IMG/VR virus record: IMGVR_UViG_3300025141_000021
From: a virus
DNA length: 64,000 nt
Reading direction: 5' to 3' (one strand)
A program made the position numbers and the translations under genes. Within the stretch, counting starts at the first letter, position 1. The number at the start of each line of letters is the position of its first letter. Shown one piece after another: positions 7,358 to 17,093 of this stretch. The notes beneath the pieces are model-generated. The model ran no database searches. It was given only the letters and a program-made list of their open reading frames with translations, and was not told the origin of the DNA.

Positions 7358-9666
7358 GAGTTAATAAAATCTCTCCAATTATTTTGTATGTTTTCTTGCA
7401 AGCTTCTGCGCTTTCTTCCCCACGCATCTTTCTCGCTGTCGCTCAACACTTCTTCAGCAACTCGGATCGCCATGGCCTGTACAGCCTTGGGGCTGACAGT
7501 AAGAACAACTGCGAGCATTGTATTAACAACATCGTCAGGGTCGTCACCAGTAACTTCAAACTCAAGCTCAAACTCTCCTGACTTGATGGCGCTTGATCCT
7601 CCTGTGGAATCTTCAGTGTCCTGGATCCACGTATTCGGGTAGGAGGGCCCACCCACTTTAGCATACTCCATATATTCTGAACCGGAATCAAGGGCGGCCT
7701 CAATTATTTCCTCTCGGAGTCTAATTTTAAATTCGCGGTAGCGGTTCTCTGGGATCGGCGGGACCTTTAGTCCCTCCAACTTTGCATTAACGTGACCGGG
7801 CATGTATTCATCATCGGTTGCAACTTCCCAGCCAGTAGTTCTAAATTCGTCAGTCCCAACATCTTGAGCTAAGTTAAGTATAGCGCCGCCATCCATGATC
7901 CCTTCGCGGCGGAGATATGTCTTGATCTCGGCATGGTAAGCTAGGTACGCCGAAATGAGTTGGTCCTGCATCATCGACAACAGTTCTTCATATTCATCTG
8001 GGCTGGTGAGGTAGCCGGTTACAGTAAAGCCATTGTCGGCAGACATTAAGTTTTCCTTATCGAACTCCATCTCGATTACAACATTTTCTCCCTCTTTTCT
8101 TATATAAGATCGCCCCTCTTCAAACAGATTAATCCCCATGTCACTAAAGTGAGTGCCCAAATATTCCATAGCGGGATAAGCGTTGTGTGGTAATTGTTTA
8201 AACTCATCTAGGGGATAGAGAAATTGCATCGAAGCGTTCACATCAATATAAGCTGATCCGGCGCCGTCGTCTTCTGCATTGGCAGCTACGAGAATCCTTC
8301 TAAAGTCATTAACCTTGAACGTCGGGCGATAGTCATTTTGAAGCCCCTGTATGGCTTGCTCAAATTCCGATACGGTGTTCATACCGATTCTAGATTTAAC
8401 TTCTTCCTCTGGCTCGTGATAAGTTCTCGGGTGCCCATCAAATTTCAGATCCGGCAGCCACCTTTTAAATAGGCTATCAAGCGGAGTGTCGGTGTACGTG
8501 CCCCCAACGAGCGAGAAGTCGTCAAGCAAAATGACAGTACCATCACCAGTGCGCGGTAAGTCCTTCATCTTGTCTTCCTGCTTTGTCTTCAACCAATCCC
8601 TAATCTCATCTCGGAATCCACCGATGTCCGGTCCATATACTCTTTCCTCTGGGACAGCCAGTTGACCAGCCCACTCGCGTGTATTGCGACTGAGAGACCC
8701 TTTCTTTGGATATACAAACTTCCGGATCCTAACTCTCGCGATTGGCTCTATGCCTTCAACGCCTCTTCTTTTGTCTGCAAAAAGCTCTTCATCGTCCCAC
8801 TCAGAAAACTTCCCACCTCCTAGCGGGCCCTCAACAAATTCACCCAACTGTACTAGATTGACGAGGTAGGCTATAGCTCCGTGACCGTGAGCCTCTGTCA
8901 CCGCACAGGCATAGTATTCTCCACCACCCCTGGACGTTGGAGAGTGACAGGACTGGATATGTTCATAGTCCGACATTCTGAGTATGTCTATCGGATGTCG
9001 CGAGAGAACAATTGCCAAAGGCTTTGACTTACCCCCGGATTGCCCCCAGGTGTCTAGCATCTCTTGTGCGTGTGCAGTGCCAACTCCGGACCCAAAATAT
9101 GACCCGGCAAAGTCATACACTTCGCCCTCGGCCTTCTCGGCTGCGTCGTAATCAATCGCGTTAGTGCCGGGCTTTGGCGTCCACTTGGCTTTTTCTGCTT
9201 TCTCCTTGAGCCTCTTATATTTTGTCAGGAACTTACCGATCTTCATTTGCTGGGTTTTAAACTTCCAGCCTTCTTTTTCAAGCTTTGCTCGATGTTCTTT
9301 GTTCGCCTTCTCAAAGCTCTTATTAAGCGGCACGGGCATCCAAATTGGGCGATCTTCTTCCGTCATGCCGGGGTTGCTCCAGATTTCTCGTCTCATCATT
9401 CCGGTGTCGAAGTCAATCTCCCAGGAACCGGGCTGGTTGGGTCTGTATGTCATGCGGTTGGCAAAGTCCTGGAGGCGGCGAGGCATTAACTTCTTGTCAA
9501 ATGGAATTAAAACTCGCATGCTTGACCCGAATAGGTGTTCGAACGGAAGATCATCTTCCTTCATGTCTGTCAAGAAGTCAGCGATATGCTCAAATTCTTC
9601 CTCGTCTATCTCGCGGAGGAGCGTGGGCTCATCCCTAAATTTTTTCCATGCGTCGTGAAATGTCAT
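7354..9666 (-). CDS. Large acidic protein, paralog of 9663..12743
   Basis: Shared block SRHPID(I/V)LRMSD...SCHS...CAV.EA.GHG.IAYLV...RRGVEGI...RVR.RKF. Confidence 0.75.
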   Translation of the reverse strand: MTFHDAWKKFRDEPTLLREIDEEEFEHIADFLTDMKEDDLPFEHLFGSSMRVLIPFDKKLMPRRLQDFANRMTYRPNQPGSWEIDFDTGMMRREIWSNPGMTEEDRPIWMPVPLNKSFEKANKEHRAKLEKEGWKFKTQQMKIGKFLTKYKRLKEKAEKAKWTPKPGTNAIDYDAAEKAEGEVYDFAGSYFGSGVGTAHAQEMLDTWGQSGGKSKPLAIVLSRHPIDILRMSDYEHIQSCHSPTSRGGGEYYACAVTEAHGHGAIAYLVNLVQLGEFVEGPLGGGKFSEWDDEELFADKRRGVEGIEPIARVRIRKFVYPKKGSLSRNTREWAGQLAVPEERVYGPDIGGFRDEIRDWLKTKQEDKMKDLPRTGDGTVILLDDFSLVGGTYTDTPLDSLFKRWLPDLKFDGHPRTYHEPEEEVKSRIGMNTVSEFEQAIQGLQNDYRPTFKVNDFRRILVAANAEDDGAGSAYIDVNASMQFLYPLDEFKQLPHNAYPAMEYLGTHFSDMGINLFEEGRSYIRKEGENVVIEMEFDKENLMSADNGFTVTGYLTSPDEYEELLSMMQDQLISAYLAYHAEIKTYLRREGIMDGGAILNLAQDVGTDEFRTTGWEVATDDEYMPGHVNAKLEGLKVPPIPENRYREFKIRLREEIIEAALDSGSEYMEYAKVGGPSYPNTWIQDTEDSTGGSSAIKSGEFELEFEVTGDDPDDVVNTMLAVVLTVSPKAVQAMAIRVAEEVLSDSEKDAWGRKRRSLQENIQNNWRDFINS

Positions 9667-12600
9667 GCGTTCAGGCTCTTCAGTACTGCTCGTCTAATTG
9701 CCTCTCTCAATACCTTCTCGGGTATGGCTCGCCTGTGTTCCTTCAGGCCTATCACGTTAAACACATCAGTATACCATGCCGGTGGCTTTATAGTTGACGG
9801 CTTCGTACTCATGATCTGCGCAGGGTCGAGACTACTGCGGTCTTGGTCCTCAATGGCAACGGTGCGATCAGTCTGCGCATCGTACCAGTATTTTTCCAAG
9901 CCTGCTGCAAACATAAATCGCTGGTGGACTCTCACAGCCGCGCCACTGAGGTCTAAGTCAATAAAATCTTTCGTAAATATCGTCAGGGTCTCAAATTGAT
10001 GTTTCGGATCTATGCCAAGATCGTGAAACCGACCGAAGTGCCACCTATTCGGAGCTTCGGTATACATAGCGTTTGACAATTCTATCATTTCGGAGACAGG
10101 TGCGTCTGCAATTTTGGCGATCTCTTCTCCCAAATTTTTAAGTCTCTCGGCAGCTTGAGCCCGCGGCGAGTCGGGAGTGAAACTGAGCATGCCCGCTGCC
10201 TCTTTTGAGACTATCTCAGCGCTCTTTTTAAGCTCTCCTCGCCAGTGTACGATCCTTGTAACCCTCTCGTCCCAAAGACCGGCTGCAACGAAGCCCTTAG
10301 CAAAGTCAATCAGATCGTCGATAGGCATTTCTTTTAGGTGCTTTGATATTTCTTCTCTTGTGGGAAGTTTAGCTTCAAGCTCTCTCCTGACTTTCGTCTC
10401 GTCCATCAGCGGCTTCATAGCTCTTCTTGCTGCTGCGAAAACATCATCCATGTGCTTGTCGACATATTCAACAAACTTTGATACAGCCTGGATTTGCACA
10501 TCTGTTGCCTCTGGAGTAATATCAAGCTCCATCCGCAGGAGCAGCCACATCTCTGAGGTGCTAGCGTCGAATCTTTCCGGCAAAGATATAGTGAGGATTG
10601 CTTCGAATTTGCCAGTCTTACTCTTTCTCTTCGTTAGCAGTGGCAGGCTCAAAACTTTATCGGCTGCAGCCATTTCAACGCCGGGGAGGGTTAGCTGCTT
10701 GTGTGCGTATTCCTGCGCTGCGGCTTCAAGTTTCTGAAGCTCCTTTGTCATGTTCTTATAAAAGCTCGGTGACCAAGAGGTGCGAGGATTATAGTCCTGG
10801 ATAGGATACTTTAATTCTGAGTGAACTCTTTGGTTTGTCTGTGCCAACTTAAGTCGCGGCGAATAGCCGGTATTAAATATGATGCTACGGCTCTCTACAT
10901 CGTAGTCCCAGTGTTCATACTCTGGCTCTTCTTCTTCTAGCTGCGCCGCCTTGACATCAAAGGGTTGGGGCGATATATATTCTAGCTTAACCAATGCCTT
11001 GCGGACTGCCTCTACGATATCTTCATGTTCGCCATCATATTCTCTCTCGATCCAGTCAATAAATTGTTCTAGATCGTCGGGCGTTCCACCGTAATCGTCG
11101 CGAGGGATATCAAAGTTAAAACTCACGGTGGATCCCCAGTGATTAATATTCATATCCTCGAAATGAATGTACAAATTCATATCATCAATTATACTTTCTA
11201 TGGTATCTTTGATTTGGACGGTAGTTTGCCAATCATCAAAACCGGGATGTTCGTCTTCAAACATGCTATCTGGAAATTCGACACCGTATGTTGCGCTCAT
11301 CATAACATATGGTTCCCCAGCATCCACCTCATCCACCTCGGCATAGACGGAAGCATGCTTCAGGTTGTTGTTGGCATAATCTGTAAGTTCCTCGACACGC
11401 TGCTCGTACTCATCCCAAAGACCCTCGTCTTCTTCCTCATCGGGGCCGTTAACGTCTGAACCGTCGTAGTAGTCTGCATCGACTCCCATCTTCTCAAAAA
11501 ACTTGTTGAGCGCTTCGCCATCTCTGGTATCACCGTAGGAACCGCCGTGACGGTACAGATCCGTAAACTCCGGCGCTACGAGATCTCCATCATCATTCGC
11601 TACAAAATACTTCTTCTGATTTTCGGCAGCCCACTCGCGAACAAAGCTGACAAAGCCTGGAATCTTTCTGCCGTAGGTTCTGCTTTCTGGTGCTACGAAG
11701 ACAACACCGCTGTCAGTGTCTTCAAATTTTCTTAGTCGGACCCGCTGAGTGGCACCAATGCCCTCGACTCCGCGTCGTGAGTCTCTAAAAATTTCTTTGT
11801 CGTCAAAATCCGAAATGTCTTTCGTCGTGATGGTGTCTGCAACATCTGCATCATAACCGTATGGTGCGTCTGTCAAAAAATTCTCCAAGTCATTGGTCGC
11901 GACGAGGTAGGCAATCGGACCATGACCTTTTGCTTCTGCGACGGCACACTTAAAGTGGCTGCTACCTTCAGAATGACAAGAGCTAATGGAGTCAATATCA
12001 CTCATGCGAAGCACATCAATCGGGTGCCGCGAGATAATAACTGACATGTCTCCAACAGGCTCACGTTCGTAGGCCGCGTTGCTAAAAACTCTGGCAACCT
12101 GCCTCCAGTTCTGCTCTTTAGTATAAAAAGTTTGTTTCTTCTGCCACCACTCTTTCAGGCGGGGTTCAATATCTTTTGACTTATTAATAGCCCTAGATAT
12201 TGTTGTTTGTTCTGTTTTTTGAATTTCCTGGCCGGCCTTTGGGCCCTTGGGGATTACCTTTGTTGTAGTTTTCTTGAGGTTCAACTTTGCGATAACCTCG
12301 TTCTCTTCATATTCTTCACCAGTTTCTAGGCGCCTTTTCTTTTGCTTAACCAGTTCTATCGGAAATTGCTCGCCCTGCAAATACGACACCCCCATGGTCG
12401 ACATAATCTCAAGCTCATCGCCGCTCGGTTCTTTCTGCTGAGATTTGTCTGGTTGCCAGCCTTCATGATGAAGCTGCCAAATGATGTCCGCGAGGTTCTT
12501 ATCGTCACTTGATTCTAGCGGCAAAGCAATACGCATGGCGCCACCGAAAAGCTCATCAAAATCGTAGTCTGTGATTTCCTTGTCTGACATCCAATCATAA

Positions 12601-12743
12601 ATTTTTTCAGCGGCATCTGTAGAAATCTCGTTTAAAATTTCTAGCTTTTCTTGTAGAATTGCCTTCTTCTTTTTTAGATCATTGTGAACTTTAATTTTAT
12701 TCTGAAATTGTTGCCACTTGGGCATAAAATCATTCATGGACAT
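9663..12743 (-). CDS. Large acidic protein, paralog of 7354..9666
   Basis: 1026 aa; same conserved block; GTGA/ATGA-type coupling to the downstream gene. Confidence 0.75.
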   Translation of the reverse strand: MSMNDFMPKWQQFQNKIKVHNDLKKKKAILQEKLEILNEISTDAAEKIYDWMSDKEITDYDFDELFGGAMRIALPLESSDDKNLADIIWQLHHEGWQPDKSQQKEPSGDELEIMSTMGVSYLQGEQFPIELVKQKKRRLETGEEYEENEVIAKLNLKKTTTKVIPKGPKAGQEIQKTEQTTISRAINKSKDIEPRLKEWWQKKQTFYTKEQNWRQVARVFSNAAYEREPVGDMSVIISRHPIDVLRMSDIDSISSCHSEGSSHFKCAVAEAKGHGPIAYLVATNDLENFLTDAPYGYDADVADTITTKDISDFDDKEIFRDSRRGVEGIGATQRVRLRKFEDTDSGVVFVAPESRTYGRKIPGFVSFVREWAAENQKKYFVANDDGDLVAPEFTDLYRHGGSYGDTRDGEALNKFFEKMGVDADYYDGSDVNGPDEEEDEGLWDEYEQRVEELTDYANNNLKHASVYAEVDEVDAGEPYVMMSATYGVEFPDSMFEDEHPGFDDWQTTVQIKDTIESIIDDMNLYIHFEDMNINHWGSTVSFNFDIPRDDYGGTPDDLEQFIDWIEREYDGEHEDIVEAVRKALVKLEYISPQPFDVKAAQLEEEEPEYEHWDYDVESRSIIFNTGYSPRLKLAQTNQRVHSELKYPIQDYNPRTSWSPSFYKNMTKELQKLEAAAQEYAHKQLTLPGVEMAAADKVLSLPLLTKRKSKTGKFEAILTISLPERFDASTSEMWLLLRMELDITPEATDVQIQAVSKFVEYVDKHMDDVFAAARRAMKPLMDETKVRRELEAKLPTREEISKHLKEMPIDDLIDFAKGFVAAGLWDERVTRIVHWRGELKKSAEIVSKEAAGMLSFTPDSPRAQAAERLKNLGEEIAKIADAPVSEMIELSNAMYTEAPNRWHFGRFHDLGIDPKHQFETLTIFTKDFIDLDLSGAAVRVHQRFMFAAGLEKYWYDAQTDRTVAIEDQDRSSLDPAQIMSTKPSTIKPPAWYTDVFNVIGLKEHRRAIPEKVLREAIRRAVLKSLNA

Positions 12744-12765
12744 ACCTCGACACAGCTTAACACAT

Positions 12766-12773
12766 TAATTAGT
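12766..12773 (-). promoter_or_regulatory. Putative late-promoter motif ACTAATTA heading the leader-bearing array
   Basis: Intergenic, 23 nt upstream of the 12743 start and just past a terminator. Confidence 0.55.
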
Positions 12774-12785
12774 TTTATATAAATG

Positions 12786-12811
12786 AAAAGGGCGCCCGAA
12801 GGCGCCCTTTT
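12786..12811 (-). terminator. Intrinsic terminator with cUUCGg tetraloop
   Basis: AAAAGGGCGCC-TTCG-GGCGCCCTTTT downstream of hsp20. Confidence 0.88.
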
Positions 12812-12833
12812 GTGGGAGGCCGTCGAAGTTTGT

Positions 12834-13280
12834 TTACTTAACTTCAACGCGGTGGGAAATAGTAGCCTTAGTATTGACCTTCGGTACTACGATAGACAGT
12901 ATACCTTGATCATACTTGGCAGAAATGTCTGACGCCTTGATATCCTGTGGCAGATTCCAAGTTCGCTTAAAAGAGTGGTAAGAAACAACACTGTTGTTAT
13001 CTTCCTTGGCTTCATATGAAATAGTTAGCGTCGTATCACCAACATCAACGACAATGTCGTTCTTATCTAGGCCCGGAATAACGACATCAATTCGATGATC
13101 GGTGTCAGACGTTGTAACGTTAGTCTTAATTCCGGTTTTATGCGTGTCATTGAAAAACGCATTCAAAATCGGGGAAAACCCCCAATCGTCTTCGAAGAAA
13201 TTGTCAAAGAAATTCTTCATTGCAGTGTGACGGTTGTGGCCGTCGACTACGGAGCCATTGCTCCTAATAACTGGATACAT
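12834..13280 (-). CDS. Small heat shock protein (Hsp20/alpha-crystallin)
   Basis: DVVIPGLDKNDI...SFKRTWNLP...ISAKYDQGILSIVVPK. Confidence 0.9.
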   Translation of the reverse strand: MYPVIRSNGSVVDGHNRHTAMKNFFDNFFEDDWGFSPILNAFFNDTHKTGIKTNVTTSDTDHRIDVVIPGLDKNDIVVDVGDTTLTISYEAKEDNNSVVSYHSFKRTWNLPQDIKASDISAKYDQGILSIVVPKVNTKATISHRVEVK

Positions 13281-13334
13281 AGTTAATCTCCTTATTTGTT
13301 GTATGAGCGGCTTTGCTCTTTTAACTATAGTACT

Positions 13335-13362
13335 ATTATAGTCATATTGATTATAATGTCAA
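13335..13362 (-). promoter_or_regulatory. Sigma70-type promoter for hsp20
   Basis: TTGACA-16 nt-TATAAT. Confidence 0.7.
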
Positions 13363-13754
13363 GCATTTAAATCAGGAATTCTTCCAAAATCGTCCTCAAG
13401 CCGTATTATATCGTTGGGATCTGTTGTGTTGCTGACCTCAATAAGTTCAACTTCATCGGCAAAATTTGCACAAACTCGGTGCACAAAGCCGGCTGGGATG
13501 TGGTATGAATCTCCAGTTTCCAGTATTACTTTTCTAATTGTGTCGCCGCTATGATCTGGGCCAGTCTCAATTAGAACAGGCCCAATCATAACCCAAAAAT
13601 GTTTATTTTTCTTTGTATGATAGTGCCGCGAAGTTCTCAGACCTTCTTCAATGTAAATTCTCTTGGCCGTAAAAGATTCATTGTTGGCCCATACTTCTTC
13701 ATGCCCCCACGGTTTATCTATGTAAAACATTTTATTTCCAAAAAATCTGTACAC
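13359..13754 (-). CDS. Cupin (mannose-6-phosphate isomerase type II C-terminal-like)
   Basis: DKPWGHEEVW...TSRHYH...HRV...LIEVS...DIIRLEDDFGR. Confidence 0.8.
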   Translation of the reverse strand: MYRFFGNKMFYIDKPWGHEEVWANNESFTAKRIYIEEGLRTSRHYHTKKNKHFWVMIGPVLIETGPDHSGDTIRKVILETGDSYHIPAGFVHRVCANFADEVELIEVSNTTDPNDIIRLEDDFGRIPDLNA

Positions 13755-13757
13755 AAA

Positions 13758-14282
13758 TCAATCTTTATTGCGTTTTCTTCTGGTGGATAGTTTTTGGCCA
13801 TTACCCCAAAAGTGCCTGTTGTTTCTATCGTTCACGATGAGTAAAGCCTGTATACAAGTCTCGCCCTCTTTCACTTTATAGGAATGAAGTTCAAGTTCCC
13901 CATACTTAGGCTTATTTGTTTTCTTTCGTTGATACTTTTTTCGCGGAGGCGGCTTGTTTAAAAAATCTAGACATCCATCAATAATTTCTTTTTCAGTATA
14001 TCCGGCCTCCAAATATAAGAGGTGATCAACTTTAATATTTGTTGCAACAACCCACTTTTTTACACCAAAACCAGAAACTTCCCAAAACATTGATCCATGA
14101 TAACGGCCCTTTTTGTACCGCCTCTTTTTACTAGATCCAACAAAACTCCACTTTGGGATATCCATTAATTCACATTTAATTTGTTCTATATCATCCACGG
14201 AGCAATTGTTTTTGTCCATGCAACTTTTCCTCCACTGCGGCTGGTGCGCCAATGACAGTGATATCCAGTCCGGTTTGACCAC
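13758..14282 (-). CDS. Hypothetical basic protein
   Basis: ORF only; the true start may be downstream of 14282. Confidence 0.55.
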   Translation of the reverse strand: MVKPDWISLSLAHQPQWRKSCMDKNNCSVDDIEQIKCELMDIPKWSFVGSSKKRRYKKGRYHGSMFWEVSGFGVKKWVVATNIKVDHLLYLEAGYTEKEIIDGCLDFLNKPPPRKKYQRKKTNKPKYGELELHSYKVKEGETCIQALLIVNDRNNRHFWGNGQKLSTRRKRNKD

Positions 14283-14502
14283 GGTTCATATAAACGCGTG
14301 TAAATTCTTGCCTCGAATCTAGATCATCCGGCAAATAGCCTTCTACAAGCTTTTTTTGTGTTTGCAAATCTTCTCTTATACACACAACGTGCTCTGGATT
14401 AACAAAAATCTCTCTTAGTGTGTATAACTCGCCTTTAAGAGAATTATCCAGAGAAGTGTGGTTTGAATTTATACGACAAACCTCAACTAGCTTAACCACC
14501 AT
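14191..14502 (-). CDS. Hypothetical protein
   Basis: 103-aa ORF in a coupled gene run. Confidence 0.6.
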   Translation of the reverse strand: MVVKLVEVCRINSNHTSLDNSLKGELYTLREIFVNPEHVVCIREDLQTQKKLVEGYLPDDLDSRQEFTRVYMNRGQTGLDITVIGAPAAVEEKLHGQKQLLRG

Positions 14503-14746
14503 GATTGGCCTCGATTAGTTCGAACAAATCTCTTTCCATGGCACTCCACTGTTCTCCGTCGTAGAGTACTTGATAATAACCGCTCTTATTAATACCCGTC
14601 ATTAGCGCCGGGATGGGTGCTTTTGTCTTTTTGTATCTTATTACTGTTCTGTCTTCGATGCCAGCATTTTCATCGAACTGGTAAAGTGTCACTTCAGATG
14701 GGATATAAACCAAATCACCCTTCTGAAACTGTTTGATCTTGCTCAT
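14492..14746 (-). CDS. Hypothetical protein (small beta-barrel-like)
   Basis: 84 aa; FQKGDLVYIP start; SD GGAG upstream. Confidence 0.6.
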   Translation of the reverse strand: MSKIKQFQKGDLVYIPSEVTLYQFDENAGIEDRTVIRYKKTKAPIPALMTGINKSGYYQVLYDGEQWSAMERDLFELIEANHGG

Positions 14747-15074
14747 TTTCTGTCTCCTCGTGTGTTTCTTGCTCTTCTACGCTTGGTGTAGCTGTACTTT
14801 GTGCCGGCGGATTTAATGTTGCCTGCAAGTAGCCTGAAAGTATTGCGGAGCAATCAGCTAACCGCAAATCAAGCTTAGCAAGAAGTTGACGTAGTTCATC
14901 GACGCGCTGTACGACAGCTAAAGCATTCTGTGTGTCATCCTCTCCAAGATTTCCTTCATAACTACCAGCTTCGCTGGCAGCCTGTTCTAATTTTTGTCCC
15001 ACATCAGTAAGAAGAGATCCGACTGCAGTCGGCACCTCTTGTAAATCAACTGAATAGGCTAGAGAAACTCTCAT
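14715..15074 (-). CDS. Hypothetical coiled-coil protein
   Basis: 119 aa; SD AGGAGG upstream. Confidence 0.65.
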   Translation of the reverse strand: MRVSLAYSVDLQEVPTAVGSLLTDVGQKLEQAASEAGSYEGNLGEDDTQNALAVVQRVDELRQLLAKLDLRLADCSAILSGYLQATLNPPAQSTATPSVEEQETHEETENEQDQTVSEG

Positions 15075-15095
15075 AAAAACCTCCTATACTGTTCT

Positions 15096-15124
15096 ATTAT
15101 AATGGTAAATTGTGTTTTTGTCAA
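15096..15124 (-). promoter_or_regulatory. Sigma70 consensus promoter
   Basis: TTGACA-17 nt-TATAAT. Confidence 0.8.
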
Positions 15125-15140
15125 CACTAATTGTGTTTTT

Positions 15141-15446
15141 TTATCCAACAATGGCGCGCCAGACGGTGGTCAATCCTAAACCAGCTACGGTGGTTGCGAT
15201 TAACCATGTAAATTTTGTAAATGTCGCTTTCCAATTTTCAATTTCTTTTAATCTTAAGTCCACTCTTTGTTCTAATTCTCTAAGTCGAGCATAAAGCCCC
15301 GAATCTGGATTATATACCGCTTCTTTAATTTTTGCAACATTCTCGGCTAATTCATCTTGCTTCTCTAGCAGCAGTTCTATTTTTCCAGAAAGTTCAGTTA
15401 GTTGAACCGAAATTCCCACATTTTCACCCTGACCTACTTCCGGCAT
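15141..15446 (-). CDS. Coiled-coil protein with C-terminal TM helix (possible lysis/membrane role)
   Basis: Heptad region followed by FTWLIATTVAGLGLTTVW; late-type motif at 15474-15481. Confidence 0.55.
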   Translation of the reverse strand: MPEVGQGENVGISVQLTELSGKIELLLEKQDELAENVAKIKEAVYNPDSGLYARLRELEQRVDLRLKEIENWKATFTKFTWLIATTVAGLGLTTVWRAIVG

Positions 15447-15482
15447 CGCACGTTTCTCCTACACGTTATAACTTAAATAGTA

Positions 15483-17075
15483 TCAATCTTCTACAATTGC
15501 ATGCGATGTTGTAATTAATATTGAAGCGACCGACGCAGCGTTCTGTAATGCCGATCTCGTAACTTTCAAAGGATCAATAATTCCAGCAACATACATATTT
15601 ACCATCTTTTGATTAACAAAATCATAGCCAAAATTTAGCTTATTTTTTTTGCTTACCAAACTTAAAACAATATCTGGACTCAGCCCTGCGTTTAGTGCCA
15701 TTTGTGATATTGGCGCCTTGACGGCGCTTTTAATAATTTCTACTCCAAGTTGTTGGGTATCATTATCAACCTCCACCTTTAACGATTTGACAGCATGCAC
15801 CAGGGCAGCGCCTCCCCCTGGAAGCATTCCCTCTTCTTGTGCCGCACGAACGGCCTCAAGAGCATCTTCGATTCGGTGTTTCTTCTCGACCATTTCAATT
15901 TCTGTGGCTGCGCCGACTTTAATTATGGCAACACCGCTGGCTAGTCTTGTGATACGCTCCTGGGCTTGGGCCGCTAAATGTCCTGCGCCGCCGTCTGTGT
16001 TATTTGCCTGGTCTGATTGAGATATCTCCTCTTTAAGGCTTTCAATTCTCTCCTCAATTTTTTCATAATTGCCGCGGCCACCAACAACAATTGTTCCAAA
16101 CTTAGAAATTTCAATCGTCTTTGCGGTGCCAAGATGTTCAAGTGTTACGCTGCGAATATCGGTACCCTCTTCTCTGGTAAGAAAAGTTGCACCAACAGAT
16201 AAAGCCAGATCGCTTAATATTTTCTTTCTCTCTTCTCCATAGCGCGGAGCTTTAATAGCCGCAACCTTCATCGTGCCGCGAACAGAATTCATTATGAGCG
16301 CTGCTAGCGCCTGTCCCTCGACCACCTCAGCAATAATTATAAATGGCCGGCCATCCCTAGCAGCAACTTCTAAAACTGGAAGCATCTGCTCAATTGTTTC
16401 AACTTTATGGTCGGTTATCAATAATAAAGGATCGTCATATTTAATTATACTTCGACGCTCATCTGTAACAAACGCGGCGGCGGTATAACCAGAATCAAGT
16501 TTAAACCCCTCTATTAAATCAAGGCTTGTATCTAAAGACTTGGCCTCCTCCACAGTGATCGATCCATCTTTTCCAACTTGATCGACTGCTGTCGCAATTA
16601 ATTTTCCGATATCACTATCCCCATTTGCAGATATTGTCGCAATATGTTCAATATCCTCAATTGTTGAAACTAATTTGGACTGGCCTTTGAGATTCTCAAC
16701 AATTACTTTAACAGCTTTATCAATGCCTCGTTTGAGTTCTATTGGTGAAGCCTCTGCCATTAAATATTTGCGTGCCTCTTTCAATATAGCCCGGGCCAAC
16801 ACTGTTGCGGTTGTTGTTCCATCGCCGGCGACAAGATTTGTTTGTGAAGACGCTTGTTTTAAAATTTGCACGCCGGCATTTTTAATTGGATCTTCCAATT
16901 CTATAAATTCTGCGACGGTCACACCATCTTTTGTAACAACTGGATTTCTGTCTTTTGGTTTTAATATTACGTTTCTGCCACGCGGGCCTAGGGTCGATGC
17001 GACATTGTCTGCTAATATATCAATTCCCTCTAATAGCCTTTGGCTTAGGCTGGCGCCTTTGTCATAATACTTCAC
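15483..17075 (-). CDS. groEL: Chaperonin GroEL (phage-encoded)
   Basis: TLGPRGRNV, VTKDGVTVA, GDGTTTA, RLASGVAIIKVGA and IIDPLKV motifs. Confidence 0.96.
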   Translation of the reverse strand: MKYYDKGASLSQRLLEGIDILADNVASTLGPRGRNVILKPKDRNPVVTKDGVTVAEFIELEDPIKNAGVQILKQASSQTNLVAGDGTTTATVLARAILKEARKYLMAEASPIELKRGIDKAVKVIVENLKGQSKLVSTIEDIEHIATISANGDSDIGKLIATAVDQVGKDGSITVEEAKSLDTSLDLIEGFKLDSGYTAAAFVTDERRSIIKYDDPLLLITDHKVETIEQMLPVLEVAARDGRPFIIIAEVVEGQALAALIMNSVRGTMKVAAIKAPRYGEERKKILSDLALSVGATFLTREEGTDIRSVTLEHLGTAKTIEISKFGTIVVGGRGNYEKIEERIESLKEEISQSDQANNTDGGAGHLAAQAQERITRLASGVAIIKVGAATEIEMVEKKHRIEDALEAVRAAQEEGMLPGGGAALVHAVKSLKVEVDNDTQQLGVEIIKSAVKAPISQMALNAGLSPDIVLSLVSKKNKLNFGYDFVNQKMVNMYVAGIIDPLKVTRSALQNAASVASILITTSHAIVED

Positions 17076-17093
17076 ACATACCTTCTTTCTTGT

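Noticed and set aside
9164-10737. Long + strand ORFs (e.g. 9164..9658, 10177..10737, 50647..51054)
   Set aside because: They fully overlap well-supported minus-strand genes and show Ser/Ile/Phe-rich shadow composition.
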